Part shown: in pieces, positions 8,017 to 15,863 of the stretch
Layout: the number at the start of each line of letters is the position of its first letter
How positions within the stretch are numbered: position 1 is the stretch's first letter
DNA from: Candidatus Nanopusillus sp.
GTDB taxonomy: Archaea > Nanobdellota > Nanobdellia > Nanobdellales > Nanobdellaceae
Reading direction: 5' to 3'
DNA: 32,000 nt
Assembly (NCBI GenBank): GCA_028275885.1
Contig: JAPWTW010000006.1
Span: forward strand, 1 to 32,000
The notes under the pieces: model-generated
What the model saw: the letters and a program-made list of their open reading frames with translations, nothing else
Databases searched by the model: none
What the model was told of the DNA's origin: nothing
Position numbers and translations under genes: made by a program

Positions 8017-8697
8017 TTGATGGATATAATATATATACCAACAAAATATAAATTAAAAGAAATTAAAAATTTAGATGAATTAAAAAAATATTTACCAAAA
8101 AAAATTGCTCTAGTATCTTTAATACAATATTCTGAATATGCTAAAAAAATATATGAAATACTAAAAGAAGATTATGAAATAATATTAAAGGAAGGATTAT
8201 ATGGAATAAATATTTTGGGATGCTATTCAGAATCTGCAAATATAGAAGGAATAGACACAATATTATTAATTGGAAATGGAAAATTTCATGCAGAAAATAT
8301 TACAAGAAAATTAAAGAAAAAAGTGATTGTCTATGATCCAATATATGGAGAAATAAATATTTATGAACCAGATTATAATTTTGATAAAATTATAGAATTC
8401 CTATTAAACAAATTAAAGAATTCTAAGAATATTGGAATAATATTATCAATAAAACCTGGACAATATTATTATTTAGAGACATTAGAGGTTAAGAATAAAT
8501 TAGAAAAATCTGGAAAAAATGTATACTTATTTATTGGTGATACAATAGATATTTTGCAATTATTAAATTTTCCATATATAGATTTTTGGATTTTTTCTAC
8601 ATGTCCTAGATTGATCGATGATATAATAAATAATAATATAAATGGGCTAACAATTGATATTTTAATAAAAAATTTAGATAAAGTAGTTAATATTTAA
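8017..8697 (+). CDS. dph2: Diphthamide synthesis protein Dph2-like (radical-SAM ACP transferase), covering domains 2-3 only
   Basis: ILGCYSESANIEGIDTILLIGNGKFHAENI matches the Dph2 core (vLGC......D.il.iG.G.FH). FSTCPRLIDD matches the C-terminal ACPR(I/V)..DD motif. The ORF is 226 aa versus about 330-340 aa for archaeal Dph2. An ATG at 8020 is probably the real start. Confidence 0.62.
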   Translation: MMDIIYIPTKYKLKEIKNLDELKKYLPKKIALVSLIQYSEYAKKIYEILKEDYEIILKEGLYGINILGCYSESANIEGIDTILLIGNGKFHAENITRKLKKKVIVYDPIYGEINIYEPDYNFDKIIEFLLNKLKNSKNIGIILSIKPGQYYYLETLEVKNKLEKSGKNVYLFIGDTIDILQLLNFPYIDFWIFSTCPRLIDDIINNNINGLTIDILIKNLDKVVNI

Positions 8698-10683
8698 TAT
8701 TCCCTGAACAAACATATATAATGCTATCGTAGATAAAGTAGAAAATATAAAAAATATTAATATATTAATTATGTAATATTTATATAAATAATAATAAAAT
8801 TTTAATTTATCTCCACTATTTTCTATACTATTAATTGTATATACAATTACAAAGGCTATTGCTACATTAAATATTCCAATTATAATTATCATTGAAGCAG
8901 GAGATATAAGAGAATTTAAATTAAATATATTAAATATAATATCTGGTAATGTACTTATATATTGAGAAATATTTGAACTAGACGATGTTAAATTAGATAT
9001 TTGATTAAATTGAAAAGATAATTTATATAAAATCTCTATAATCATTACACTAACTGCACTTATTATTCCTAAGATAACTGGAGCTAAAATTCTTAATAGA
9101 GATTTTAATTGAGATAAATCCTCCGCTACAAGGTCTTTAATTCTCTCTTTTACTTTTGATATTAACAAAAAATATCTTGCAACTATACCTGTTATAATAG
9201 AAGCTTCTGTGGGAGATTGACCACTAGCTTCATATAATAATTCCATTGTAGCTCTCAATTGAGATGATGGAATTTTAGATAGAGCTCCATATCTAATGTC
9301 AAATACTGAATCATAAAATGATAAACCTGCTCTTAAATTTTGATATATTTTTGATATAAAATCTCCTATTGGACTACCTTTATATTTAGGATAAACATAT
9401 ATCATTGCCTTTTCAAGTGGATAGCCTTCATTTAATGCTGAACTTAAAGATAATAAAAATGGGGGTAAATCTGTTCTTATTCTTTCTAAATTTTTATATA
9501 AATCTTTATAATGGGAATAATATATAAAAGCAATTAATGAAACGAATAAACCCATTAAAAATACTAAAAATTCTGATAATAATATTCCATAAACATCAAA
9601 TTTATATAAATATTTATATACTACAAAAAAGATTATAAAAAATAGTAGTATACTTACAGAAATCCCACTAGCTATTGATATTAATTTATTTTTTAAATCT
9701 CTCCTCTTTAAGTAATAAAATAAATATATATCATCATTTGAAAAAACACCAATTATTTTTGAAGAAATTGTATAATTAATTGAATAAAATGCTATAAATG
9801 GTATTAAAATATCAAATGATATAAATAAAACGAAAGGACTAAATATATTTCCTAAAAATATTGATGCAAGGGGAAATATTGTTAATAACATAACTGGTAA
9901 AGTTATACCTAACATAGATATAAGATTTATCGTAGATCTTATTTCTCTAGAAAATTCATACAATTCATTTACTAATTCTTCTAAAGCCTCTTCTATTGAT
10001 TTATCTATCTGAAAATTCCTTCTATCCTTATCCGGATCATATAAAGCACTTAAAATGAGCATAATACCAACATAGAAAAATTTTGAATATTTTTCCCAAG
10101 ATCTTGAATATTCTACTAAAGCTTCTGATGCAGAAACATATTTTCTATTATATATATCCCTTAACAATCTTAGTAAATCTAACTTTAATGGTAAGTTAAT
10201 ATTTTTTGCAGCAAATAACATAGCCTGTTCTACATTTGGATTTTGTCTTAATTTAATAGCTAATAATAATAATAAACTTATTAATTGAGATTTTTTCTTC
10301 GTATTTAAATTATTGTATAAAATAATATAATAATAATCGATCAATATGTATGATAGTATACCAAGAGAGGCAAATAATAGAAAATATAACGGAGATATTA
10401 TTATTGAGGAAATTATTCCTATAAAAATAAATAATACTAGAAAAAATATTGATGCAGAATATATTTGATCAATATTTACATCTAAAAGGAGTTCTTCATT
10501 TATTTTTTCAAAATTTCTTCTTTTATTTTCATTTACTTTAACTTTTATTATATTTCCAAATGTTTTAACAATTTTTTCATAATATTTTAATTTATTACCG
10601 AAATAAATGTATTTATATAATTTTATTTTACTTTCTAAATTTTGAACATCTAACCTCCCTAACTCAACTTCTGATATATCCAT
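8674..10683 (-). CDS. FlaJ/TadC/PilC-family polytopic membrane platform protein of a type IV pilus-like system
   Basis: 669 aa with many TM helices and two cytoplasmic helical T2SS-F-like repeats (for example MLFAAKNINLPLKLDLLRLLRDIY and PLEKAMIYVYPKYKGSPIGDFISKIYQNLRAGLSF). It overlaps the upstream secretion ATPase gene by 25 nt and is probably translationally coupled to it. Confidence 0.72.
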   Translation of the reverse strand: MDISEVELGRLDVQNLESKIKLYKYIYFGNKLKYYEKIVKTFGNIIKVKVNENKRRNFEKINEELLLDVNIDQIYSASIFFLVLFIFIGIISSIIISPLYFLLFASLGILSYILIDYYYIILYNNLNTKKKSQLISLLLLLAIKLRQNPNVEQAMLFAAKNINLPLKLDLLRLLRDIYNRKYVSASEALVEYSRSWEKYSKFFYVGIMLILSALYDPDKDRRNFQIDKSIEEALEELVNELYEFSREIRSTINLISMLGITLPVMLLTIFPLASIFLGNIFSPFVLFISFDILIPFIAFYSINYTISSKIIGVFSNDDIYLFYYLKRRDLKNKLISIASGISVSILLFFIIFFVVYKYLYKFDVYGILLSEFLVFLMGLFVSLIAFIYYSHYKDLYKNLERIRTDLPPFLLSLSSALNEGYPLEKAMIYVYPKYKGSPIGDFISKIYQNLRAGLSFYDSVFDIRYGALSKIPSSQLRATMELLYEASGQSPTEASIITGIVARYFLLISKVKERIKDLVAEDLSQLKSLLRILAPVILGIISAVSVMIIEILYKLSFQFNQISNLTSSSSNISQYISTLPDIIFNIFNLNSLISPASMIIIIGIFNVAIAFVIVYTINSIENSGDKLKFYYYLYKYYIINILIFFIFSTLSTIALYMFVQGILNINYFI

Positions 10684-12902
10684 TTCTTCATATTATCTAA
10701 TATATAATCTTTTACGATTTCATTATATTCCTTAATACTTTTATCTATATATTGATAAAATACTTCATTATATGCAGAAACAAAATCTGCTTCCAAAATA
10801 TCTTTCCTATTTTTTTCTCTTGCTATATCTACTAACAATTTTTTTGACAAACCAATTGTCTCTATCATATTCCATACTCTTTCCCAAGATTTTGACAAAT
10901 ATCTTATTCTAGATGCAACAGCCTTTAATATATCAGAATCACCATTTATTAATTCTAATGTTGGTTCTAAATTATCTTTTTCAGCATCATAAATCATTAA
11001 ATCAACAAAACCTCTTTCTTTTAATGGATCTTGCTCCCATAATTTTCTTACTTCAGTTATCCTTAGTACTCTTCTATATCTTTTTAATCCTGAAGGCTCT
11101 TTAATTGGATTTACAATTACTATTATATCTGTAGCTTTGAATGCAGTTTTAGGAACTCCAAGATCATTTACAACTCTGTCATATACACCATAAGGGCTTT
11201 CTGCATGTAAAGTACCCATTACAGCATTTGCTACAGCACCAACTCTCATAGCTTCATACAATGTTAAAGCTTCCTTTGATCTAACTTCTCCAACAATTAT
11301 AGCACTATCTCCCATTCTTAAAGATGCTCTTAAACCCTCTTCAGCAGATAATTCGGCAGATTTTAATGAAAATGGGCTCCTAACTTTCATAGGAACTATA
11401 TTATATCCTACTGATCTAAAAAATTCTGCTGGTATTTCTAAAGTATCCTCTATAGTTATTATCCTAACTTTCTTAGGTATTTCTAACATTAAGGCTGTTA
11501 ATAAAGATGTTTTGCCACTTCCCCTTGTACCAGCAATTAAAATTGTCCTTCCATTTACAACTAAAAATGATAATAAACCTGCAGCCTGATAATTTAGCAT
11601 TTTATTATCTATAAATAAAGGTAAAGTCCATGGTTTACTTCTATGTCTTCTAATTATATATGATAATCCAAATGGGGATAATGGTGGTGATAATGCTGCA
11701 ACTCTTAATAATATATTATTTCCAATTATTAAATCTGTATCTAAAACTGGATTTGCTTCATCAAAAGGTCTTCCAGATATTAACCTTAGTTTTGTAGCCC
11801 AAGATTCTACTTCTCTTCTAGTTGGAGTTACATTTGTAACACACATTTCATATTTAGAATGCTGTAAATATATTGGAGTTATACCTGCTGGTGGATTTAT
11901 AAATAGATCTTCCAAATTTTCATCCAATACTATTTTTTCTATTATTCCAAAACCAATTGTATACCTAATAATTATACTCTTAATTAATTCCAACCTATTT
12001 TTATCTATATTTATATTATATATAGACATTAATTTCGTTATAATATTATTTAATATATTATTGTATATTTCTCTTAATCTTTCTACATCTAAATAATCCT
12101 CCTTTCTAGGTTCATATTCTTGTAAAATTTCTATTGCTTTATGAGATAAAAATGTTTCTTCAGAGAATATTTTATATTCTTCTGGAAATATATAGTATCT
12201 AAAAACAGTTTCTTCAGGATTTTTCAATATAAAAACTTCTGTATTTTTATCCAATCTATAAGAATCTACAATATTATAACTTTCAGAAATTTTATTTATA
12301 TATTTTGTATCTATAAATTTTGGTTTTATATCTCCCAATAATAGTCTTCTATATATTTCTCTATTTCCAATTTGGTATCCAATCAAAAATGGTTTAATAT
12401 ACTTATACAAAGGTAATGATTCAAATTTTATTAGAAAATTATCTATTAATGATATTAAATTAGATATTTGATTTTCTAAATCTTTATTATTTTTTAATAA
12501 TGACATTAATTTCCTTTTCATTCTTCTTATAAATATATATGTACCAATTGGATCTTTCAGATATCTTTTATCTAAATAATCTATTATTGTTTTTATTTCT
12601 GAATATAGCGGATTTCCAGTTAATAAGTATTTATAATATTCTGATATATTATTTTTAATAGAAAGGTATACATCAAGAAAACTATTCAATATTTTTATAC
12701 TATCTTCATAATATTCTATATTTTCATCTTGTTCAATTATTATTGTATTTACAAATGGATCTATAGATAATATATTTAATATATATTCCATTATATTTGG
12801 ATCATCTTCAATTGTAGCAATATTACTATAATTTTTAGCATTTACATATAATACTCTTTCTTTTCCATTCATTTTAATTTCATATTGCAAATTATTTAGC
12901 AT
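10659..12902 (-). CDS. FlaI/GspE/VirB11-superfamily secretion ATPase with a long N-terminal extension
   Basis: Walker A is LIAGTRGSGKTSLL (encoded at 11509-11529), the Asp box is ITIEDTLEIP, Walker B is AIIVGEVRSKEA and the His box is GTLHAES. The protein is 747 aa, and Walker A starts about 458 residues from the N-terminus. Confidence 0.88.
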   Translation of the reverse strand: MLNNLQYEIKMNGKERVLYVNAKNYSNIATIEDDPNIMEYILNILSIDPFVNTIIIEQDENIEYYEDSIKILNSFLDVYLSIKNNISEYYKYLLTGNPLYSEIKTIIDYLDKRYLKDPIGTYIFIRRMKRKLMSLLKNNKDLENQISNLISLIDNFLIKFESLPLYKYIKPFLIGYQIGNREIYRRLLLGDIKPKFIDTKYINKISESYNIVDSYRLDKNTEVFILKNPEETVFRYYIFPEEYKIFSEETFLSHKAIEILQEYEPRKEDYLDVERLREIYNNILNNIITKLMSIYNINIDKNRLELIKSIIIRYTIGFGIIEKIVLDENLEDLFINPPAGITPIYLQHSKYEMCVTNVTPTRREVESWATKLRLISGRPFDEANPVLDTDLIIGNNILLRVAALSPPLSPFGLSYIIRRHRSKPWTLPLFIDNKMLNYQAAGLLSFLVVNGRTILIAGTRGSGKTSLLTALMLEIPKKVRIITIEDTLEIPAEFFRSVGYNIVPMKVRSPFSLKSAELSAEEGLRASLRMGDSAIIVGEVRSKEALTLYEAMRVGAVANAVMGTLHAESPYGVYDRVVNDLGVPKTAFKATDIIVIVNPIKEPSGLKRYRRVLRITEVRKLWEQDPLKERGFVDLMIYDAEKDNLEPTLELINGDSDILKAVASRIRYLSKSWERVWNMIETIGLSKKLLVDIAREKNRKDILEADFVSAYNEVFYQYIDKSIKEYNEIVKDYILDNMKKWIYQKLS

Positions 12903-12919
12903 ATAAAGATTAATATATA

Positions 12920-13303
12920 TTGAAATATAATAGTTTTACTATGAATGATACAGAGATACTTAGAAGATTAAAATATTTAGAAGAAAAAATTTCAATATTC
13001 AATAATATATTACAAACCATGGATGTAACTACTAGGAATTCTTTAGATGATTTTAAATTAGAAATAGAAAATATTAAAAAAGAAATAAATAATATAAAAC
13101 AAGAAATAAATGATATGGAGATAAAAATAAAAGCAATAACTGATGAGTTATCAAATTTTGCTACTGTAGATCAATTAAAAATTATAAATTCTATTCTAGA
13201 TTATATAAATCCATTTGATTTTGTTACTAAGAGAGAATTGGATAAATTAGTAAAAGAAAAAATTATGGAATATTTTGATAGCTTATACAATCAGAAGAGT
13301 TAA
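12920..13303 (+). CDS. Hypothetical coiled-coil protein
   Basis: Heptad-rich sequence (LRRLKYLEEKISIFNNILQ...FKLEIENIKKEINNIKQEINDMEIKIKAITDEL). The track start is TTG; the ATG at 12941 (MNDTEILRRL) is the more likely start. It is transcribed divergently from the secretion ATPase. Confidence 0.5.
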   Translation: MKYNSFTMNDTEILRRLKYLEEKISIFNNILQTMDVTTRNSLDDFKLEIENIKKEINNIKQEINDMEIKIKAITDELSNFATVDQLKIINSILDYINPFDFVTKRELDKLVKEKIMEYFDSLYNQKS

Positions 13304-13335
13304 ATTTATAATATTCAATATTTTTATTAAGAATT

Positions 13336-14031
13336 ATGAGAAGCATACTTGGGATATTTAGTAAAAAAAGTAAGAAAGATCAGAATGAACAACAGAACTT
13401 AGATAATCTATTTCAAGACTTTAATAATCCAATACCACAAAATAGTGGACCATTCAACCAATTTCAGCAAAATAATATTAATCCTATAGCAAGTAATTTT
13501 CAAAATTATTCTTTTAATCAACCAAATCAACAATTTCCATTACAACAAAATCCTGCAAATCAATTTAGTCAACCATGGAACTTATTTCCACAATCAAGTC
13601 AAACTCCAAGCCAATTTCCACCTCAACAACCAATTCAAAGTCAACCAGAATTTGGACAAGGAGGTTTTGCTATAGATGAGAAAATTGAACAATATATAAA
13701 TAATACAGTAAATGAAATATTAAAAGATAAATTAAATGAAATAAATGATGAATTATCGCAAATAAAAATATGGAAAGAAAAAGTAGAATATCTTATTAAT
13801 AAAATGCAAGAACAAATTGATAAATTAGATAATAAAATAACTGAAATAAATAATTTAGCAACTAAGAAATTAGAAGAATATGATAAAGGAATGCGAGAAA
13901 CAACAACAGAAATACAAGCATTACATAGGTTAATAAGAACAATGATACCTGCTATATCCGAATCTACAAAAGAATTAAGAGAAACAGTAGAGGAATTAAA
14001 ATCTTTAAGAGATTCTATTAGAAAACCTTAA
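13336..14031 (+). CDS. Hypothetical protein with a basic N-terminal tag, a Q/N/P-rich low-complexity region and a C-terminal coiled coil
   Basis: The basic N-terminus is MRSILGIFSKKSKKD. About 100 aa follow that are rich in Q/N/P/F (FQQNNINP...QFPPQQPIQSQPEF). The last ~120 aa form a heptad-rich helical domain (LNEINDELSQIKIWKEKVEYLINKMQEQIDKLDNKITEINNL...). Confidence 0.5.
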   Translation: MRSILGIFSKKSKKDQNEQQNLDNLFQDFNNPIPQNSGPFNQFQQNNINPIASNFQNYSFNQPNQQFPLQQNPANQFSQPWNLFPQSSQTPSQFPPQQPIQSQPEFGQGGFAIDEKIEQYINNTVNEILKDKLNEINDELSQIKIWKEKVEYLINKMQEQIDKLDNKITEINNLATKKLEEYDKGMRETTTEIQALHRLIRTMIPAISESTKELRETVEELKSLRDSIRKP

Positions 14032-14058
14032 ATTTTTAATCTTTTTTAATAAATTTTA

Positions 14059-14460
14059 TTGATGGACAAAAAAGAAACTATAATAGTAGGACTTATACTA
14101 TTAATATTATTAGCAGCTGGATTTATAGTTGCACCATTATTATATCCAATAAATAATTATAACCAAAATTTAAATCAAAATGAATTATATCAAATATCTC
14201 AAGTTGCTCAATATTGCCAGGCTTTATGCTTATATGCAAAGTACAATTTATCTATAAATGATTTGAATAATACATGCCTAGTATCAGAAAATTCTATATT
14301 ATATCAATCATGGATTTCTTATCCAAATACGTACAATTGGGGATGTGAAGTATCAAACACCAATTTGAATTTATGTAACAATAGTAATTATATAGTATTA
14401 GATGAAAATTGTTCAATAATTAATATATATTATCAAAATAAGCAGTTAAATATAAAATGA
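14059..14460 (+). CDS. Hypothetical membrane-anchored, Cys-rich extracellular protein
   Basis: A single N-terminal TM/signal anchor (IIVGLILLILLAAGFIVAPLL) is followed by a domain with several N-x-S/T sequons and 7 Cys. An ATG at 14062 is probably the start. The TGA stop overlaps the tatD ATG. Confidence 0.45.
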   Translation: MMDKKETIIVGLILLILLAAGFIVAPLLYPINNYNQNLNQNELYQISQVAQYCQALCLYAKYNLSINDLNNTCLVSENSILYQSWISYPNTYNWGCEVSNTNLNLCNNSNYIVLDENCSIINIYYQNKQLNIK

Positions 14461-15182
14461 AATATATTGATTCCCATTGTCATCTATATAAATTCAATGA
14501 AATAGAAATTAAAAGAATAATAAGAAATAAAGATATAATAATATTATCAGTTTCTGAAGATCTAGAATCATCATTAAAAAATTTGGTTTTATCTCAATTA
14601 AATGAAAATGTAATACCTGCTATAGGAATTCACCCTTGGAATATAGAAAATGTAAATGAAAATACATTTAAAATAGTAGAAGATATAATAAAAGATAATA
14701 AAATAAAAATACTTGGAGAAATTGGATTAGATAAAAAATTTAAGCCAGAAACTTTTGAAAAACAGAAAGAAATTTTTGAAAAATTCTTAAACCTAGCAAA
14801 AGAATATGATTTAAATCTAAATCTTCATACACCAGATGCTTCGAACGAAGTATTCGATCTTTTAATAAAGTATGATATTAAGAAAGCATATTTTCATTGG
14901 TATAGCGGAGATGAAAAATTGTTAGAAGAAATAATAAATAAAGGATATTTTATAGGGATAAATGTTGCAACAATAATAAATGAAAAATATAAAAAGTATA
15001 TAGAAATTACAAATATAAAAAATATAATAACAGAATCTGATGGGCCATATAATTACAAAGGCATTATACTTCATCCAGATATGCTAAAGGATCTTTATAA
15101 ACTTATTTCAAATATAAGAAAAATAAATCTAGAAGAACTATCAAATATTATACAGAACAATTTTGCTAGGTTTATATATTAA
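14457..15182 (+). CDS. TatD-family metal-dependent hydrolase/DNase (paralog 1)
   Basis: Carries the TatD signature series: IDSHCHL, GEIGLD, NLHTPDA, FHWYSG and ITESDGPY. Confidence 0.82.
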   Translation: MKYIDSHCHLYKFNEIEIKRIIRNKDIIILSVSEDLESSLKNLVLSQLNENVIPAIGIHPWNIENVNENTFKIVEDIIKDNKIKILGEIGLDKKFKPETFEKQKEIFEKFLNLAKEYDLNLNLHTPDASNEVFDLLIKYDIKKAYFHWYSGDEKLLEEIINKGYFIGINVATIINEKYKKYIEITNIKNIITESDGPYNYKGIILHPDMLKDLYKLISNIRKINLEELSNIIQNNFARFIY

Positions 15183-15278
15183 CATATTGTTAATGTCATT
15201 TAACATTAAGTTAACATTTATAAATTTTAAGAGAGATATTCATTAACGTTATATTAAATATAATTAACATGATGTTAA
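15179..15278. promoter_or_regulatory. Array of TTAACAT / ATGTTAA half-sites, including two 15-bp dyads, in the tatD-tfe intergenic region
   Basis: TTAACATATTGTTAA at 15179-15193 is a dyad with 1 mismatch. TTAACAT occurs at 15200-15206 and 15211-15217, and TTAACGT at 15243-15249. TTAACATGATGTTAA at 15264-15278 is a perfect dyad. TAATGT/ACATTA forms another dyad at 15191-15208. TATA-like TTTATAAAT boxes lie at about 15218-15226 and 15288-15296. Confidence 0.55.
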
Positions 15279-15294
15279 TCAATAATGTTTATAA

Positions 15295-15834
15295 ATGTCA
15301 AAAAACTTTATAGCTATTATGAGCTACTTACTTAACGAAAACTATTTAAAAATATTAGAATATATAGCAGATAAAAAAGAATTTACAGAAAGAGAAATAA
15401 AGAGACAATTAAAGATAAAGGAAGAAGAAATTAGGAAACTATTATATATATTAGAAGAAAACAACATAGTATATCCAATAAGCATAATAAATGATAATGG
15501 AAAATTTGATTTCAGATGGGGAAATAAAATTCCAGATAAAGGTAGATTATTTAGCTTGTTAATCAATAAAGAAATTAATAGAATTAATGAAGAAATTAAA
15601 AATACTCCAAAAACATTGTACTATTGTAATGAGTGTGGAAGTGCATATACATTTGATGAAGCATATGAAAATGATTTTATATGCAAAGAATGTGGATCAT
15701 TATTAACTGAAAAGGAAAATTTCAGAATAATAGAATTGGAAAATATTATACACAACTTACAGATATTACTTGATAAATATTCTTCGAAAGTTACAAAGAA
15801 AGAAAAAGCATCAAAAGCAAAGGGTAAAAGATAA
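15295..15834 (+). CDS. tfe: Transcription factor E (TFE-alpha, TFIIE-alpha homolog)
   Basis: An N-terminal winged-helix-like region (LKILEYIADKKEFTEREIKRQLKIKEEEIRKLLYILEENNIV) is followed by a zinc ribbon CNECGS...14 aa...CKECGS. Size and architecture are typical of archaeal TFE. Confidence 0.72.
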   Translation: MSKNFIAIMSYLLNENYLKILEYIADKKEFTEREIKRQLKIKEEEIRKLLYILEENNIVYPISIINDNGKFDFRWGNKIPDKGRLFSLLINKEINRINEEIKNTPKTLYYCNECGSAYTFDEAYENDFICKECGSLLTEKENFRIIELENIIHNLQILLDKYSSKVTKKEKASKAKGKR

Positions 15835-15863
15835 TTTTTATTTTTTATCTAAATTTATATTTA

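Noticed and set aside
10913-11104. 63-aa plus-strand ORF from the track.
   Set aside because: It is entirely antisense to the conserved core of the secretion ATPase gene, and its low-complexity L/I/F-rich translation is typical of shadow ORFs in AT-rich DNA.
15183-15294. I considered the repeat-rich AT spacer as a replication origin, with the repeats as ORB-like elements.
   Set aside because: No cdc6/orc1 gene is adjacent. The repeats are 7-bp half-sites forming short dyads rather than long ORB elements, and the spacer is only 112 bp. A transcription-factor operator array is the simpler reading.
15342-15566. 74-aa minus-strand ORF from the track.
   Set aside because: It is antisense to tfe. 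This is a shadow ORF with no start context or motif.
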